The notes: generated by a model not told the origin, from the sequence alone. Shown: positions 36,594-45,948, numbered from the stretch's first letter. The stretch is DNA of 64,000 nucleotides from an uncultured Pirellulales bacterium (GCA_964556885.1 CAZKYP010000001.1:2122-66121), one strand, 5' to 3'. Numbers and translations: made by a program.

Positions 36594-36675
36594 CTGCTTG
36601 CTCCGTCGATAATACTGCTCTGTTTATATGTGTACCGATAGCATACCGGACAATGCTTTGTATGTTATGGATATT

Positions 36676-37197
36676 TCAGAACTGCAAATTTACAAACGCC
36701 ATATCGGTCTGCTTTCTGGTTGTCCCCTTTGAGTCGTAACTAACAACATCTGTTTTACCCATATTAAAAATGCTTTTTAACAGCATATTATTGATACGGG
36801 CACACTCGTTTAGCAGCAGGGCGGTGCTCAGATGTTCCTTCCTGAGTTCTTCGATCAGCGATTTTAATTTAGATTTTGTTTCGGTTAGTTTTGTTCTTGC
36901 CGTTTCGGACACATTTTCTTCGAGGGTGGATAAAGTTATTTGTTCTACGGGACATTCAAGTTCCTTCGCCAGTTCCTCTCGTATTGACTGCCGGTTCAAT
37001 TCGTTTTTACGGTAGTCTTCCGACTTTGCCAGAACGATCTCAAGCATTTTACCGAGTGCGGCGTCATCCCGTCGGATTATCAGCTCTCGCAGTTCGTTCA
37101 GTTGTGAGATAGTATCGTGTATGTGCTTACAATCATTGTCGAGACAGGCAGCCAGCTCATTGATTTTATCATCCGTTATAATTGCAATCGATTTCAT
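36676..37197 (-). CDS. flgN: FlgN-like export chaperone for FlgK/FlgL
   Basis: 173-aa helical protein immediately upstream of flgK, overlapping the flgJ-like gene by 4 nt. The call rests on position and composition, not on a strong motif. Confidence 0.6.
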   Translation of the reverse strand: MKSIAIITDDKINELAACLDNDCKHIHDTISQLNELRELIIRRDDAALGKMLEIVLAKSEDYRKNELNRQSIREELAKELECPVEQITLSTLEENVSETARTKLTETKSKLKSLIEELRKEHLSTALLLNECARINNMLLKSIFNMGKTDVVSYDSKGTTRKQTDMAFVNLQF

Positions 37198-37541
37198 AAA
37201 TTTCCATCCGGAGAATTTGCTATATTTGTCTGGTTGGTATCTTTTATAAATTTATATATGTCTTCCCACAAACCCAGGCCGCCATTGTCTGCAACATCAC
37301 GTGCAAGGTGCAGCCAGAAAATCCCCTGTATCTGCTCGGAAGCCCCATCTTCTTCAGAATCCCAGTCGACGACCGTATTTTTCATCTCGTCAAATATCTT
37401 GTTGAGCAGAACCGATTCAAAATCTTTGGCGATCTGCTTTTTTTTCTCATCCGAAACGCTACCAATATTTGACGTATTAATATTGTCAAGTAAAGATGGT
37501 GGCGAAACGGGCTGTGTTAAAATTAACTGGACACTGTCCAT
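37194..37541 (-). CDS. flgJ: Rod-binding protein (FlgJ N-terminal domain only, no muramidase domain)
   Basis: Contains KKQIAKDFESVLLNKIFDEMKNT, typical of the FlgJ rod-binding domain. At 115 aa it has no hydrolase domain. Confidence 0.8.
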   Translation of the reverse strand: MDSVQLILTQPVSPPSLLDNINTSNIGSVSDEKKKQIAKDFESVLLNKIFDEMKNTVVDWDSEEDGASEQIQGIFWLHLARDVADNGGLGLWEDIYKFIKDTNQTNIANSPDGNL

Positions 37542-37551
37542 AAAACTGCTC

Positions 37552-38700
37552 CTACATTATCACAAGTTTGGCCTGAAGTGCGCCGGCCTTCTTCAGGGCA
37601 TTGAATATTGCTATCAGGTCGCTCGGTGTTGCGCCGATACTGTTGAGGCTCTTGGCCAGTTCCGAGACCGTGACCGAGCGAGAAACAGGAACGAGGTACG
37701 AGTTTCGTTCCTGGACGTCCAACATGGTATCTGGAACTCTTTCGGTCGTGCCTGCATCCGAAAATGGAGCATTGGGTTGGGAAACAGTCTCCGATTCTTT
37801 AATTTTCACAATCAGCCCGCCCTGAGATATCCCCACTGCGGAAATGCCGACGTGCTCGCCGACAACGATGGTACCTGTGCGTTCGTTGATAACAACAATC
37901 GCCGGGACGTCAACTTCAACTTCAGGCTTTGTTATATTGTCTATGAAATCGGCAATACCGGCCTGAGTAATATTGTTGGGTATCTTGACCTTGATTGTGC
38001 CGGCGTCAATCACCACGGTACTGTTGGGGTAGTCCTGGTTGATAATTTTGCTGATTCGCTCTGCGGTTGAAAAATCACTGTTTCTGAGATTCAGCGTTAT
38101 GAACCTGTACCCGCCGATTTGTTCGATGAAGGTCGCAAGCTCCTCCATTTCAACCGTTGCACCGCCTGGGATTCGTCCGACTGTTTGGTGATTCTTGGTA
38201 ATTGAGGCTTTCTCACCTGAAGCGGTCCAGCCGCCGATTGAAACTCCACCGTCGGCGACAGCATAAACCTGGCCGTCAAGACCTCTCAATGGCGTCGGAA
38301 GCAGTTTCCCGCCCTGAAGACTGCTAGCGTCTCCGATGGTTGATACATCAACGTCGATTCTTGAGCCTTCGCGGGAAAATGGACCTAGTTCTGCGGTAAC
38401 CCATACTACTGCGACATTTTTACCGGTTAAATCAGATGGGGAGAGGACTAAACCAGAGTCCCTCAAGATATTCGTCAGCATTTGTCTCGCAAGTAGTGTA
38501 GTATCGCCGGTTCCCGCCAGGCCGACGACCAGACCCACACCGGTCAGCGGGTTGCTGCGAAGCCCCTGGATATCGACGATATCCTTTATTCGCTCACACC
38601 GCCCGACACCGGGCATCGATGCACAAATTACAACTGCACAGGCAATCAGTATTATTATGTCACTTTGTTTTTTCAACCGAATGTGCTCAGATAACGTCAT
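37552..38700 (-). CDS. flgI: Flagellar P-ring protein FlgI
   Basis: Has a signal peptide followed by RIKDIVDIQGLRSNPLTGVGLVVGLAGTGD. The C-terminus is IAIFNALKKAGALQAKLVIM. Confidence 0.95.
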   Translation of the reverse strand: MTLSEHIRLKKQSDIIILIACAVVICASMPGVGRCERIKDIVDIQGLRSNPLTGVGLVVGLAGTGDTTLLARQMLTNILRDSGLVLSPSDLTGKNVAVVWVTAELGPFSREGSRIDVDVSTIGDASSLQGGKLLPTPLRGLDGQVYAVADGGVSIGGWTASGEKASITKNHQTVGRIPGGATVEMEELATFIEQIGGYRFITLNLRNSDFSTAERISKIINQDYPNSTVVIDAGTIKVKIPNNITQAGIADFIDNITKPEVEVDVPAIVVINERTGTIVVGEHVGISAVGISQGGLIVKIKESETVSQPNAPFSDAGTTERVPDTMLDVQERNSYLVPVSRSVTVSELAKSLNSIGATPSDLIAIFNALKKAGALQAKLVIM

Positions 38701-38740
38701 AGGTAAATACTTTCAAAAATTGCTGTTAACAGCCTTAATT

Positions 38741-39349
38741 TCATAACGGCCAGATGATGTCGAATATCCCGCCGAGCCAGCCCTGTTTGGTATAAGGGGC
38801 CGAGACACCGGCGTTCCTTGTCACAATGCGGAAATCTGCAACCTGCTCGCTCATGATCGTGTTGTCAAATGCAATGTCACTCGGCCTGATTATACCGCTT
38901 ACCTCAATTGTCTGGATGTCGCCGGCAATGTTGCGGTAACGGTTTCCCATGACGACAAGATTCCGGTTCGGCAGAACGTCCATAACGACCACGGTAATAC
39001 TGTCGATGAACGAACGTTCATCCTTGTAATCGGCTTTGCCCTTCAACTCGTTATCCGAGCCGGCACTCATGCCGAATTCGCCGAGATCTGCGAAATTGCC
39101 CATAACACCGTTAAAAGTCGTCGAACGGTCGGTTTCTTTCTTCAAATCTCTTTTTGCCTTGTTGTCGACTTTGCTGTCTTCGGTGATTTTTACCGTCAGG
39201 ACGTCTCCTATCCGATGGGCTACATCGTCGGCATAGAGGGTTTTCATGTTCTTATCTCTTTTAGCCCAGATCGAATCCGCCTTTGTGCAGGTAACACCAA
39301 AAAACACAAAAAAAATAACTATAATCCATAGAACTTTGCTTTTGTTCAT
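38741..39349 (-). CDS. flgH: Flagellar L-ring protein FlgH
   Basis: Contains LYADDVAHRIGDVLTVKITE and the C-terminal GWLGGIFDIIWP. I place the start at the internal ATG (MNKSKVLW...), which is preceded by an AAAGGAG Shine-Dalgarno site. The longest ORF extends to 39379. Confidence 0.9.
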   Translation of the reverse strand: MNKSKVLWIIVIFFVFFGVTCTKADSIWAKRDKNMKTLYADDVAHRIGDVLTVKITEDSKVDNKAKRDLKKETDRSTTFNGVMGNFADLGEFGMSAGSDNELKGKADYKDERSFIDSITVVVMDVLPNRNLVVMGNRYRNIAGDIQTIEVSGIIRPSDIAFDNTIMSEQVADFRIVTRNAGVSAPYTKQGWLGGIFDIIWPL

Positions 39350-39399
39350 TGTTACTCCTTTTAAGAGAATAAGTTCCATTTGAATTCTATTAGAGTTTT

Positions 39400-40422
39400 C
39401 TACAATGCCGGCTCCACGCTTCCGTCTTCGTTAACTTTGGCCATGATAATCCTTTGCGAGTCCACGTTTCTAACTCTGATATGGTCTCCGATGTACCCTT
39501 TTTCCATAGCCAATCCAACGGTAGTAATCAGGAATCCCGGCTTGTCGATCCTGATTACAACATTACGATTTTTTTCAACAACAACTGCCGGCTCGGCAGG
39601 ACCAACCATATTTGGTTGAATCACAGTATTTGCCGGCAGTTTGCGTTTGGCCAGAAGGCCATAAGGGGACTTCCAATCCGCAGGCTCAGGACTGTCTGAT
39701 TCTGTTTTTTCTATACGCACATTGTCAGGGCCGATTACGGTTCCCGGCATTATATCTTCCGTGGTTACTGCATTGCGCGATTCATATCCAAGATTGAATA
39801 TTACTTCACGAGCTCCTATTTGTTTGCCCTCTTCAAGCACGTCAATTGTGACCTTTGCATAATTTGGGGAGCAGCCGGTCAGTTTCGGTGACAATTCCAC
39901 ATCATTACCCTCGCCCTGTAAAATCAAATCCGCCGGGGTTCTCTGCGGCTCGAAACGGCGAACGAGAAAGTTTGGTGGATGCTTTGTAATAAAATCAGAC
40001 GCTATATCTATGAATCCGGAACCTTCGATAATCTTGCTCTTTTGTTTAACAGTAATTGTTTCCGCGCCAACCATTTTTACTTTTGATACGGAGATACCGT
40101 TGCAGGCCAGCCTGCTCAGAATCGTCGGTCTGTCGAAAACTATCTTTTGTCCGGGTACCGAAACCTGACCAAGTTCAATTTCGTTGGCTTTGCTGACAAG
40201 GGATTCCGGACCACGTATTGCACTGATCTGGCCAAGAGTAAGCCTACTATTGTCAACTGTGATTTCCCTCGGAAGATAAACCTGAAGGAAGGAATCCGTC
40301 TGTGACTTGTCCGAAGCGTCGTTGCCCATGGCCGGACAAAATAGAGTGCACATTATCAATGTGCAGACTGCTATCTCTGTATTCTTAAACTCCTTTGGTC
40401 TTACATTCTTGAATCTCTTCAT
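39400..40422 (-). CDS. flgA: Flagellar P-ring assembly chaperone FlgA (long, 340 aa)
   Basis: Has a signal peptide and a SAF-like segment. The FlgA C-terminal block is VVIRIDKPGFLITTVGLAMEKGYIGDHIRVRNVDSQRIIMAKV. Confidence 0.8.
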   Translation of the reverse strand: MKRFKNVRPKEFKNTEIAVCTLIMCTLFCPAMGNDASDKSQTDSFLQVYLPREITVDNSRLTLGQISAIRGPESLVSKANEIELGQVSVPGQKIVFDRPTILSRLACNGISVSKVKMVGAETITVKQKSKIIEGSGFIDIASDFITKHPPNFLVRRFEPQRTPADLILQGEGNDVELSPKLTGCSPNYAKVTIDVLEEGKQIGAREVIFNLGYESRNAVTTEDIMPGTVIGPDNVRIEKTESDSPEPADWKSPYGLLAKRKLPANTVIQPNMVGPAEPAVVVEKNRNVVIRIDKPGFLITTVGLAMEKGYIGDHIRVRNVDSQRIIMAKVNEDGSVEPAL

Positions 40423-40431
40423 GAGGTCCTC

Positions 40432-41217
40432 TTAGCTTACGATGTTGTTCGCAGTGCGAAGTATATCATCGCCTGCTTTTATTGCGCGTGAGTTAATTTC
40501 ATAAGCTCGTTGCGCGGTGATAAGATTGACTAATTCGGTTACCATCTGCACATTGGATTTTTCAAGAAATCCTGACTGGATTGAACCGAAACCATTTTCA
40601 CCCGGGGTGCCGGTGGTAGGGGCACCGCTGGCTTCAGTTTCTGCATACAAATTATCACCTTCACTCGAAAGACCCGACGGATTGGCAAAACGGGCCAGTT
40701 GAATGGTTCCAACAACCGATTGTGTACCGGATATATCAATTACATTGACGCCACCGTCTTTTTCAATGCTCACTGAAGACACATCCGACAGGCCGCTGAT
40801 GGTTGGCTCTATCGGATAGCCGCTGGTTGTAACCAGCTCACCGAGAGCATTTATCATCAGAGAACCGTCTCTTGTGTACCTTATGTCACCGTTAGGCATA
40901 GTTACCTGGAGAAAACCATCTCCTCCGATTGCTATATTCAGAGGATTGTTTGTGTTTTCGAACTCGCCTGTGGTAAAGACCTTTGTCGTGGATGCCGCAC
41001 GTACACCGCTTCCGATTTCCACGCCGCTGGGTGAATTTATGCCGGATGCGACTTCCGTTCCAAAATTCTTCATCTGGACGTAGAGCAGGTCCTGAAAATT
41101 GATCTGGCTTCTTTTAAAACCGGAGGTGTTAACGTTGGCGAGATTGTTGGCGATGACGTCCACCATCATTTGCTGACCTGTCATGCCCGTTGCCGCCGTG
41201 GAAAATGCTTTTAACAT
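40432..41217 (-). CDS. flgG: Flagellar distal rod protein FlgG
   Basis: The protein begins MLKAFSTAATGMTGQQMMVDVIANNLANVNTSGFKRS and ends LITAQRAYEINSRAIKAGDDIL. I place the start at the ATG at 41217, preceded by an AAGGAGAA Shine-Dalgarno site. The longest ORF extends to 41268. Confidence 0.93.
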   Translation of the reverse strand: MLKAFSTAATGMTGQQMMVDVIANNLANVNTSGFKRSQINFQDLLYVQMKNFGTEVASGINSPSGVEIGSGVRAASTTKVFTTGEFENTNNPLNIAIGGDGFLQVTMPNGDIRYTRDGSLMINALGELVTTSGYPIEPTISGLSDVSSVSIEKDGGVNVIDISGTQSVVGTIQLARFANPSGLSSEGDNLYAETEASGAPTTGTPGENGFGSIQSGFLEKSNVQMVTELVNLITAQRAYEINSRAIKAGDDILRTANNIVS

Positions 41218-41277
41218 ATTGTTTTTCTCCTTGTGTCGTAATCCACTTTTGTTAGTGGACAAAATCAAACATATCCC

Positions 41278-42012
41278 TTAGCCCATAGCCGCGTTCATTA
41301 AGCTCGATGAAGTGTCTTTTTTGACGGAAACAAATTTCATATTTGCTTCATATAGCCTGGATACCATTATCATGTCCACAAGCTCGTCAATGATTTTTAC
41401 ATTGGATGCTTCCTGGAAGCCCTGTTTGACGATTAGATTTTCCGCATCATCCGGCTGTAAGCTCGTATCGGTCATCCGGAAGCAGCCTTCTCCTACCGGT
41501 ACGAGTTTTGCCTGGTTTTCTTTGAAGTCAACCAGTTTGAATTTTCCGATGCTTATTCCATCGGCGCTTATATTTCCGTCACTCGAAACATTTAACTGGG
41601 ATATTCCCACAGTATTCGGAAAGGTAATCGGACCGGACTGGCCTGCAATAGTACGCCCCATGGAATCCACTATCTGGCCATTCTGGTTAAGATGAAACAT
41701 ACCGTTGCGGGTATAAAGCGGCCCTTCAGTTGTCTCGACAAGAAAGAAGCCCTGGCCATATAAAGCAAAGTCAAGCGGATTTTCAGTGCTGACTATATTG
41801 CCCTGGGAAAAATCAAACATCGTTTTGAAATTAATGTCCTCGGACGAAGCTCCCTGTGCCTTTTTCTCCTGCGCTTCGAGAGATTGTGAAAACGTATTGC
41901 ACCTGCGCTTGTAACCGACGGTGCTGACGTTCGCCAGGTTGTGAGCGACGATATCAAATTCCTGCGTCAGTGCATCAAGACTTGAACTAATCTGTTGTGC
42001 AATATCCGTCAT
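41278..42012 (-). CDS. flgF: Flagellar proximal rod protein FlgF
   Basis: Contains FDIVAHNLANVSTVGYKRR and the C-terminal MIMVSRLYEANMKFV. It lies immediately upstream of flgG. Confidence 0.88.
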   Translation of the reverse strand: MTDIAQQISSSLDALTQEFDIVAHNLANVSTVGYKRRCNTFSQSLEAQEKKAQGASSEDINFKTMFDFSQGNIVSTENPLDFALYGQGFFLVETTEGPLYTRNGMFHLNQNGQIVDSMGRTIAGQSGPITFPNTVGISQLNVSSDGNISADGISIGKFKLVDFKENQAKLVPVGEGCFRMTDTSLQPDDAENLIVKQGFQEASNVKIIDELVDMIMVSRLYEANMKFVSVKKDTSSSLMNAAMG

Positions 42013-42013
42013 T

Positions 42014-43255
42014 TCAGACTCCCTGCACCGTTACCGGCTCCTCGATATCTTCGTTTTTACCGATGATTTTCAGAGAAGCTGCATTAGTGGCTCGTACCAG
42101 TTCGTTGATATTCGAGTCACTTAATCCCGTTAATTCGACTGCTATCGAAAAACCATTCTCGACGGCTTTTGTATGTCTTACTTCACCTATGTCCTCGACA
42201 ATTCGGATGGTTTTTGTTGTTCCTTCTTTTTGCGGATTTGGATTTTTGCCCTCATCGTCCAGCTTGAATATTACCAGAACCCTGTCGCCGACATTTACAT
42301 CGAGCGGCGCTTCAATACGCAGGCCCGGACCGGCCAGTTCGGTGACAGCCGCCGGTACGAAATCAGGCGGTCCCCATTCATTTTTGGCTTCGGCGGTCGA
42401 GTCGTTCTTGTTATCACCGTTATCTTCCGGCGGCAATGTCTTATCAAAAGGAAATTGAGCGATGTAGGTCGGCTGATTGACAGGGACACGCACGAAACGC
42501 CGTCGATTTATAAACCGTACGTTGTCACTATGGCTTAATACCAGGATGTTGTCCTGGCAGCTTAATACAGATGTTTCAAACTCCCAGACCGAGGCGCCGA
42601 AATAATATCGCACACACCATTTTTCGCCGGGTCTGCTCTCCAGGGACACAGTTAGTTTGATGGTAAGCTCCACATCGTTATTATCCACAACCGTTGATTC
42701 GACATTTGCCATATCGTTTTCCCGTCGTGTCATGTGAAGTTTTTTGCCGGGAGGAATCTGCCTGCTGCTCGGCTTGTTCGACTTTTCCGCGGACCCGTTT
42801 GTAGCGGTGCTTTGTTTCTGAAAACCGAGTTTCTCACGCAGGACGGAAAGCTCGCCGATTAATTGTTTAGCGGCTTCCGATCCTTGTAGTTCAAGAGTTT
42901 TTTGTGCGATGGCAGTAGCCCCTATGCTGAAAGCCTGGGGCACTGTGAAAATCGATTCTTTCTCCTTGAGATTTGTCTTGGACACGACATCAAGCAGAAT
43001 ATCGTATTCACGCTCGCTGAGACCTTTTTTTTTCGCATATTCGGAAAAGAGCGAATTGCTTTGATCCTGTCTCTTTGTTTTTTGATTGATTTTTATTACG
43101 AAGTAGAGCAGTACAAACAATGCTATTAAAACGACGAGACATGTCAGGATAAACCAGTGTTCGGAGATATAACCTCCCTGGTAATTATTTACGGCCTGCC
43201 ATTTCTGAATCGGCGTCAATCCCAAAATAATGTTTGTTCCTGCGGTCATTACCAA
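42014..43255 (-). CDS. Membrane-anchored PilZ-domain protein (YcgR-like flagellar brake candidate)
   Basis: Has one N-terminal TM (HWFILTCLVVLIALFVLLYFVI) and the PilZ RxxxR motif in INRRRFVRVPV. The second motif is non-canonical: TELAGPGLRI replaces D/NxSxxG. It is tightly packed between flgE and flgF, with a 1-nt gap to flgF. Confidence 0.6.
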   Translation of the reverse strand: MVMTAGTNIILGLTPIQKWQAVNNYQGGYISEHWFILTCLVVLIALFVLLYFVIKINQKTKRQDQSNSLFSEYAKKKGLSEREYDILLDVVSKTNLKEKESIFTVPQAFSIGATAIAQKTLELQGSEAAKQLIGELSVLREKLGFQKQSTATNGSAEKSNKPSSRQIPPGKKLHMTRRENDMANVESTVVDNNDVELTIKLTVSLESRPGEKWCVRYYFGASVWEFETSVLSCQDNILVLSHSDNVRFINRRRFVRVPVNQPTYIAQFPFDKTLPPEDNGDNKNDSTAEAKNEWGPPDFVPAAVTELAGPGLRIEAPLDVNVGDRVLVIFKLDDEGKNPNPQKEGTTKTIRIVEDIGEVRHTKAVENGFSIAVELTGLSDSNINELVRATNAASLKIIGKNEDIEEPVTVQGV

Positions 43256-43285
43256 TACTCTGAAAATCCTAATTTCAATTCGGTG

Positions 43286-44959
43286 TTATCTGATAAGATT
43301 GGTCAGCTCACTGAGAATTTCGTTGGCGACTTTTATACTTCTGGCGTTTGCCTGGAAACCGTTCTGGGCCTGAATCATGTTGACGAACTCGGTTGCTACA
43401 TCAGCGTTTGATTTTTCCAGAGCCGCACCATGGATGGAACCGGCACCGCCGGTCATTGCCTGGGTTGCTATGGCCTCACCTGAGTTGGCCGAGGGAATGT
43501 AGTATCCGTTTCCGATGCTCTCAAGGCCGGATGCGTTTTTGAATAATCCAATTTGTATAGTCGCAATATTCTTCTTGATGCCGTTGGAAAATGCGCCGAT
43601 GAGTACACCTTCATTATTGACCGAGACGGTTGAAAGCCGACCGGCTTCATAACCATCCTGATCTCTTGCCACCGCGGTCGAGCTTCCTGCGAATTGCGTC
43701 AGACCGTCAAGCATTTCAGGCGTACCCAGATTAATATCGATGGTTTGGGGGTTCGATGTATCATGCCCGAAAGTTATTACAAACTCGGTTGATTCATCTT
43801 CTTCACTTAATCCGGTGTATGAGCCGTTGTTGGCGTCAAATGTTATTCCCTCGATGCGTCGATCCGTCATATCTATTGCGCTGACGTCACCGGTAATTGT
43901 TGTTAATACCATATCCCATGTGTTGGCAGTATCGGTTCGGACAAATGCACCGGAGAGAACGTGTTTGCCGCCCTGGGAGTCAAAAACCGTAATATTGATG
44001 GTCTTATATTCCTCTCCGCCAACCGTCGAAACCTCGAAATAACCTGGCATTGTAAGTGTGCCGGCGCCGGAGTCGGAGTATGATAAGGTCATGTCTGTCT
44101 TGCTGTAGCCTGTGGTGTCGTCCGTTATTCTGATTTGTCCGTTAACTAAAGAAGCCGTTGAACCGTCGAGAACATTCGTGTTCAAATGATCAATCAGGTC
44201 ACCCAATGTGGTTGTAGCATCAATATCTAACGTAAGACCGCTGTCGAAATCAGTGCCGTCCATATCATAGCCGCTGATTGTGATTGTGCCCGAAGTAAGT
44301 GTGCCGCTGTACTGATCGAGGCTGCCAATCAAGGTCGCTTCCGTAGCTGATGTACCATCGTTGTATGTATAGGCCACATTTGAAGTCATTACCTGGGCTG
44401 CAATTGAAGTGGACACAGCGTCGGCGCTCAGGTTACCTGATACGACTACTTCCGTTGATGCTTTTGCGGGCATGGCAACATCGTATGGGACATAAATATT
44501 ACTGTCGCTGGCGGTCTGGAAACCGTCGATTTCACCTTCCGAACCGATACGTTGGACATAATAGCCGGTGGCGGGGTCCACAAGGCTCGAGTCCGAGTCG
44601 ACTGCGAAAGAGCCCGATCGGGTATAAATGAGTTTTTCTCCATCACTTAGTACAAAATAACCTTCTCCTTCAAGGGCCATGTCGAGTGGAGTACCTGTAT
44701 TGACGATGCTGCCCTGTGACAGGTCGGGAGTGATACTTGCAACTCCGACGCCGCTACCCATCTGCTGAGGATTGGTACCGCCGATATCGGATGTCGGCTG
44801 TGATGCCTTTTTAATTGTTTCATTCAGCAGTTCCGAAAAGGTAATCCTGCTGGCCTTGAAGGCGGTTGTGTTGACGTTGGCTATGTTGTTTGCGGCTACG
44901 TCGAGCATCTTCTGGTGGGCCTGCAAACCGGTAACTCCTGATGATAGTGCAAAACTCAT
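43286..44959 (-). CDS. flgE: Flagellar hook protein FlgE
   Basis: The N-terminus reads SGVTGLQAHQKMLDVAANNIANVNTTAFKASR. The C-terminus has LEKSNADVATEFVNMIQAQNGFQANARSIKVANEIL. Confidence 0.94.
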   Translation of the reverse strand: MSFALSSGVTGLQAHQKMLDVAANNIANVNTTAFKASRITFSELLNETIKKASQPTSDIGGTNPQQMGSGVGVASITPDLSQGSIVNTGTPLDMALEGEGYFVLSDGEKLIYTRSGSFAVDSDSSLVDPATGYYVQRIGSEGEIDGFQTASDSNIYVPYDVAMPAKASTEVVVSGNLSADAVSTSIAAQVMTSNVAYTYNDGTSATEATLIGSLDQYSGTLTSGTITISGYDMDGTDFDSGLTLDIDATTTLGDLIDHLNTNVLDGSTASLVNGQIRITDDTTGYSKTDMTLSYSDSGAGTLTMPGYFEVSTVGGEEYKTINITVFDSQGGKHVLSGAFVRTDTANTWDMVLTTITGDVSAIDMTDRRIEGITFDANNGSYTGLSEEDESTEFVITFGHDTSNPQTIDINLGTPEMLDGLTQFAGSSTAVARDQDGYEAGRLSTVSVNNEGVLIGAFSNGIKKNIATIQIGLFKNASGLESIGNGYYIPSANSGEAIATQAMTGGAGSIHGAALEKSNADVATEFVNMIQAQNGFQANARSIKVANEILSELTNLIR

Positions 44960-45001
44960 ATTTATCTCTCCTTAATATATAGAGAAACTTTAATCCCGAA
45001 A

Positions 45002-45385
45002 TTAATTTTTAACTGATATAACTTCATCTATTCCAAGGGCGTAATCGCCAACCGTTAAAATAATTTCACCTTCCACGTTATTGTAAACCTGCTCAACTAC
45101 GCCGCTCTTCGACTCGACATCACCAGTTTCAGTCTCAATGTAGAACTGGACTTCCTTACCTATCAACGAGCTTGCATAAGAGCGTTTGGCGTTGACAAGT
45201 ACGTCGGAGAAATTTGTGTTCATCGATTCAAGCTGCTGAAGTTGTGAGAATTGCGTCAACTGGGATGCCAGGTCGTTGTTATCCATAGGTTCGAGAGGAT
45301 TCTGATTTTGAAGCTGTGCAACGAGCAGTTTCATATAATCCAACTGGATGTCACTTGCTGATGTTACTGACGATGTTGTACTCAT
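45002..45385 (-). CDS. flgD: Flagellar hook assembly (capping) protein FlgD
   Basis: Contains DYMKLLVAQLQNQNPLEPMDNNDLASQLTQFSQLQQLE. Confidence 0.9.
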   Translation of the reverse strand: MSTTSSVTSASDIQLDYMKLLVAQLQNQNPLEPMDNNDLASQLTQFSQLQQLESMNTNFSDVLVNAKRSYASSLIGKEVQFYIETETGDVESKSGVVEQVYNNVEGEIILTVGDYALGIDEVISVKN

Positions 45386-45465
45386 AAATTTTTACCTTAT
45401 TGTTTACAAAACCAATTTTTTCTGTGTACCTCGTTACTATTCAGAAACAAGCCAGTTAATATTGA

Positions 45466-45480
45466 GCAATTGTCGTGCCA
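45466..45480 (-). promoter_or_regulatory. sigma-54 -24/-12 promoter for the flgD-to-flgL operon
   Basis: The minus-sense sequence TGGCACGacaaTTGCTc is a full match to TGGCACG-N4-TTGCW. It lies about 80 nt upstream of the flgD ATG. Confidence 0.75.
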
Positions 45481-45948
45481 TGCCCGAGCCGATGCGGATG
45501 TCGACGTATCTATCTCCTTTTGTGAAATGATGTTAGCAGAAACTAAATTTTCATTAAATGACACAACAGCTTCACTTTGGCACGTTTTTGAAGTACAATT
45601 TATCCCTTACTCCAGAAAAAATTTCCGTGTTTTGTAAGAAGTTAGGTATCAAGAAAAAATTAAACAGGCTGGTTGTAATGTCCTATAAAATTGTATTTTC
45701 ATGTCAGTAGACGATTAGATTAAATTGAAGCAGTGACATTATTGGCCCGTCCCATAAAAAGATTAAAGTTGGTTTTACCTGCCTGACGATTAATAGCTTG
45801 TGCTGTCCATTAATGATTTGGATCGCGTGATGTCAATAAATTGGCATCTTGGGGGGGCCGCATAAGTGAATGGGTTGTACCCAATGCGTATGGGATACGA
45901 ATCCCATGATTCAATGAAGCGATATCTAAGGAACAGAATGCGCCTAAA

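Noticed and set aside
37117-38070. A 317-aa ORF on the + strand, plus other long antisense ORFs at 545-1039, 20141-20710, 23852-24412, 46260-46745 and 50788-51324.
   Set aside because: Each lies entirely antisense to a gene with strong family motifs (flgI/flgJ, fliP, radical SAM, GT, the activator, a TPR protein). Their translations are low-complexity, Cys/Arg/Ser-rich and motif-free, and they have no Shine-Dalgarno sites. They look like typical shadow ORFs.
45578-45592. A second TGGCAC element (TGGCACGtttttGAA) on the + strand in the flgD/activator intergenic region.
   Set aside because: The -24 half is perfect, but at GG-N10 spacing the sequence is AA rather than GC, and the nearest TTG is one base out of register. 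It also lies about 370 nt from the next + strand gene. It is probably not a functional sigma-54 promoter, although a degenerate or decoy site cannot be excluded.
45559-45714. A 51-codon ORF (MTQQLHFGTFLKYNLSLTPEKISVFCKKLGIKKK...) in the long intergenic region. It is faintly reminiscent of a transposase HTH fragment.
   Set aside because: It has no Shine-Dalgarno site, no flanking inverted repeats and no other mobile-element remnants. The similarity is an impression only.
45891-45906. The sequence tgggatacgaatccca, which resembles a tRNA T-arm.
   Set aside because: The loop is 4 nt rather than 7. No acceptor, D or anticodon stems can be drawn in the surrounding 80 nt. It is better interpreted as part of the leader hairpin series.
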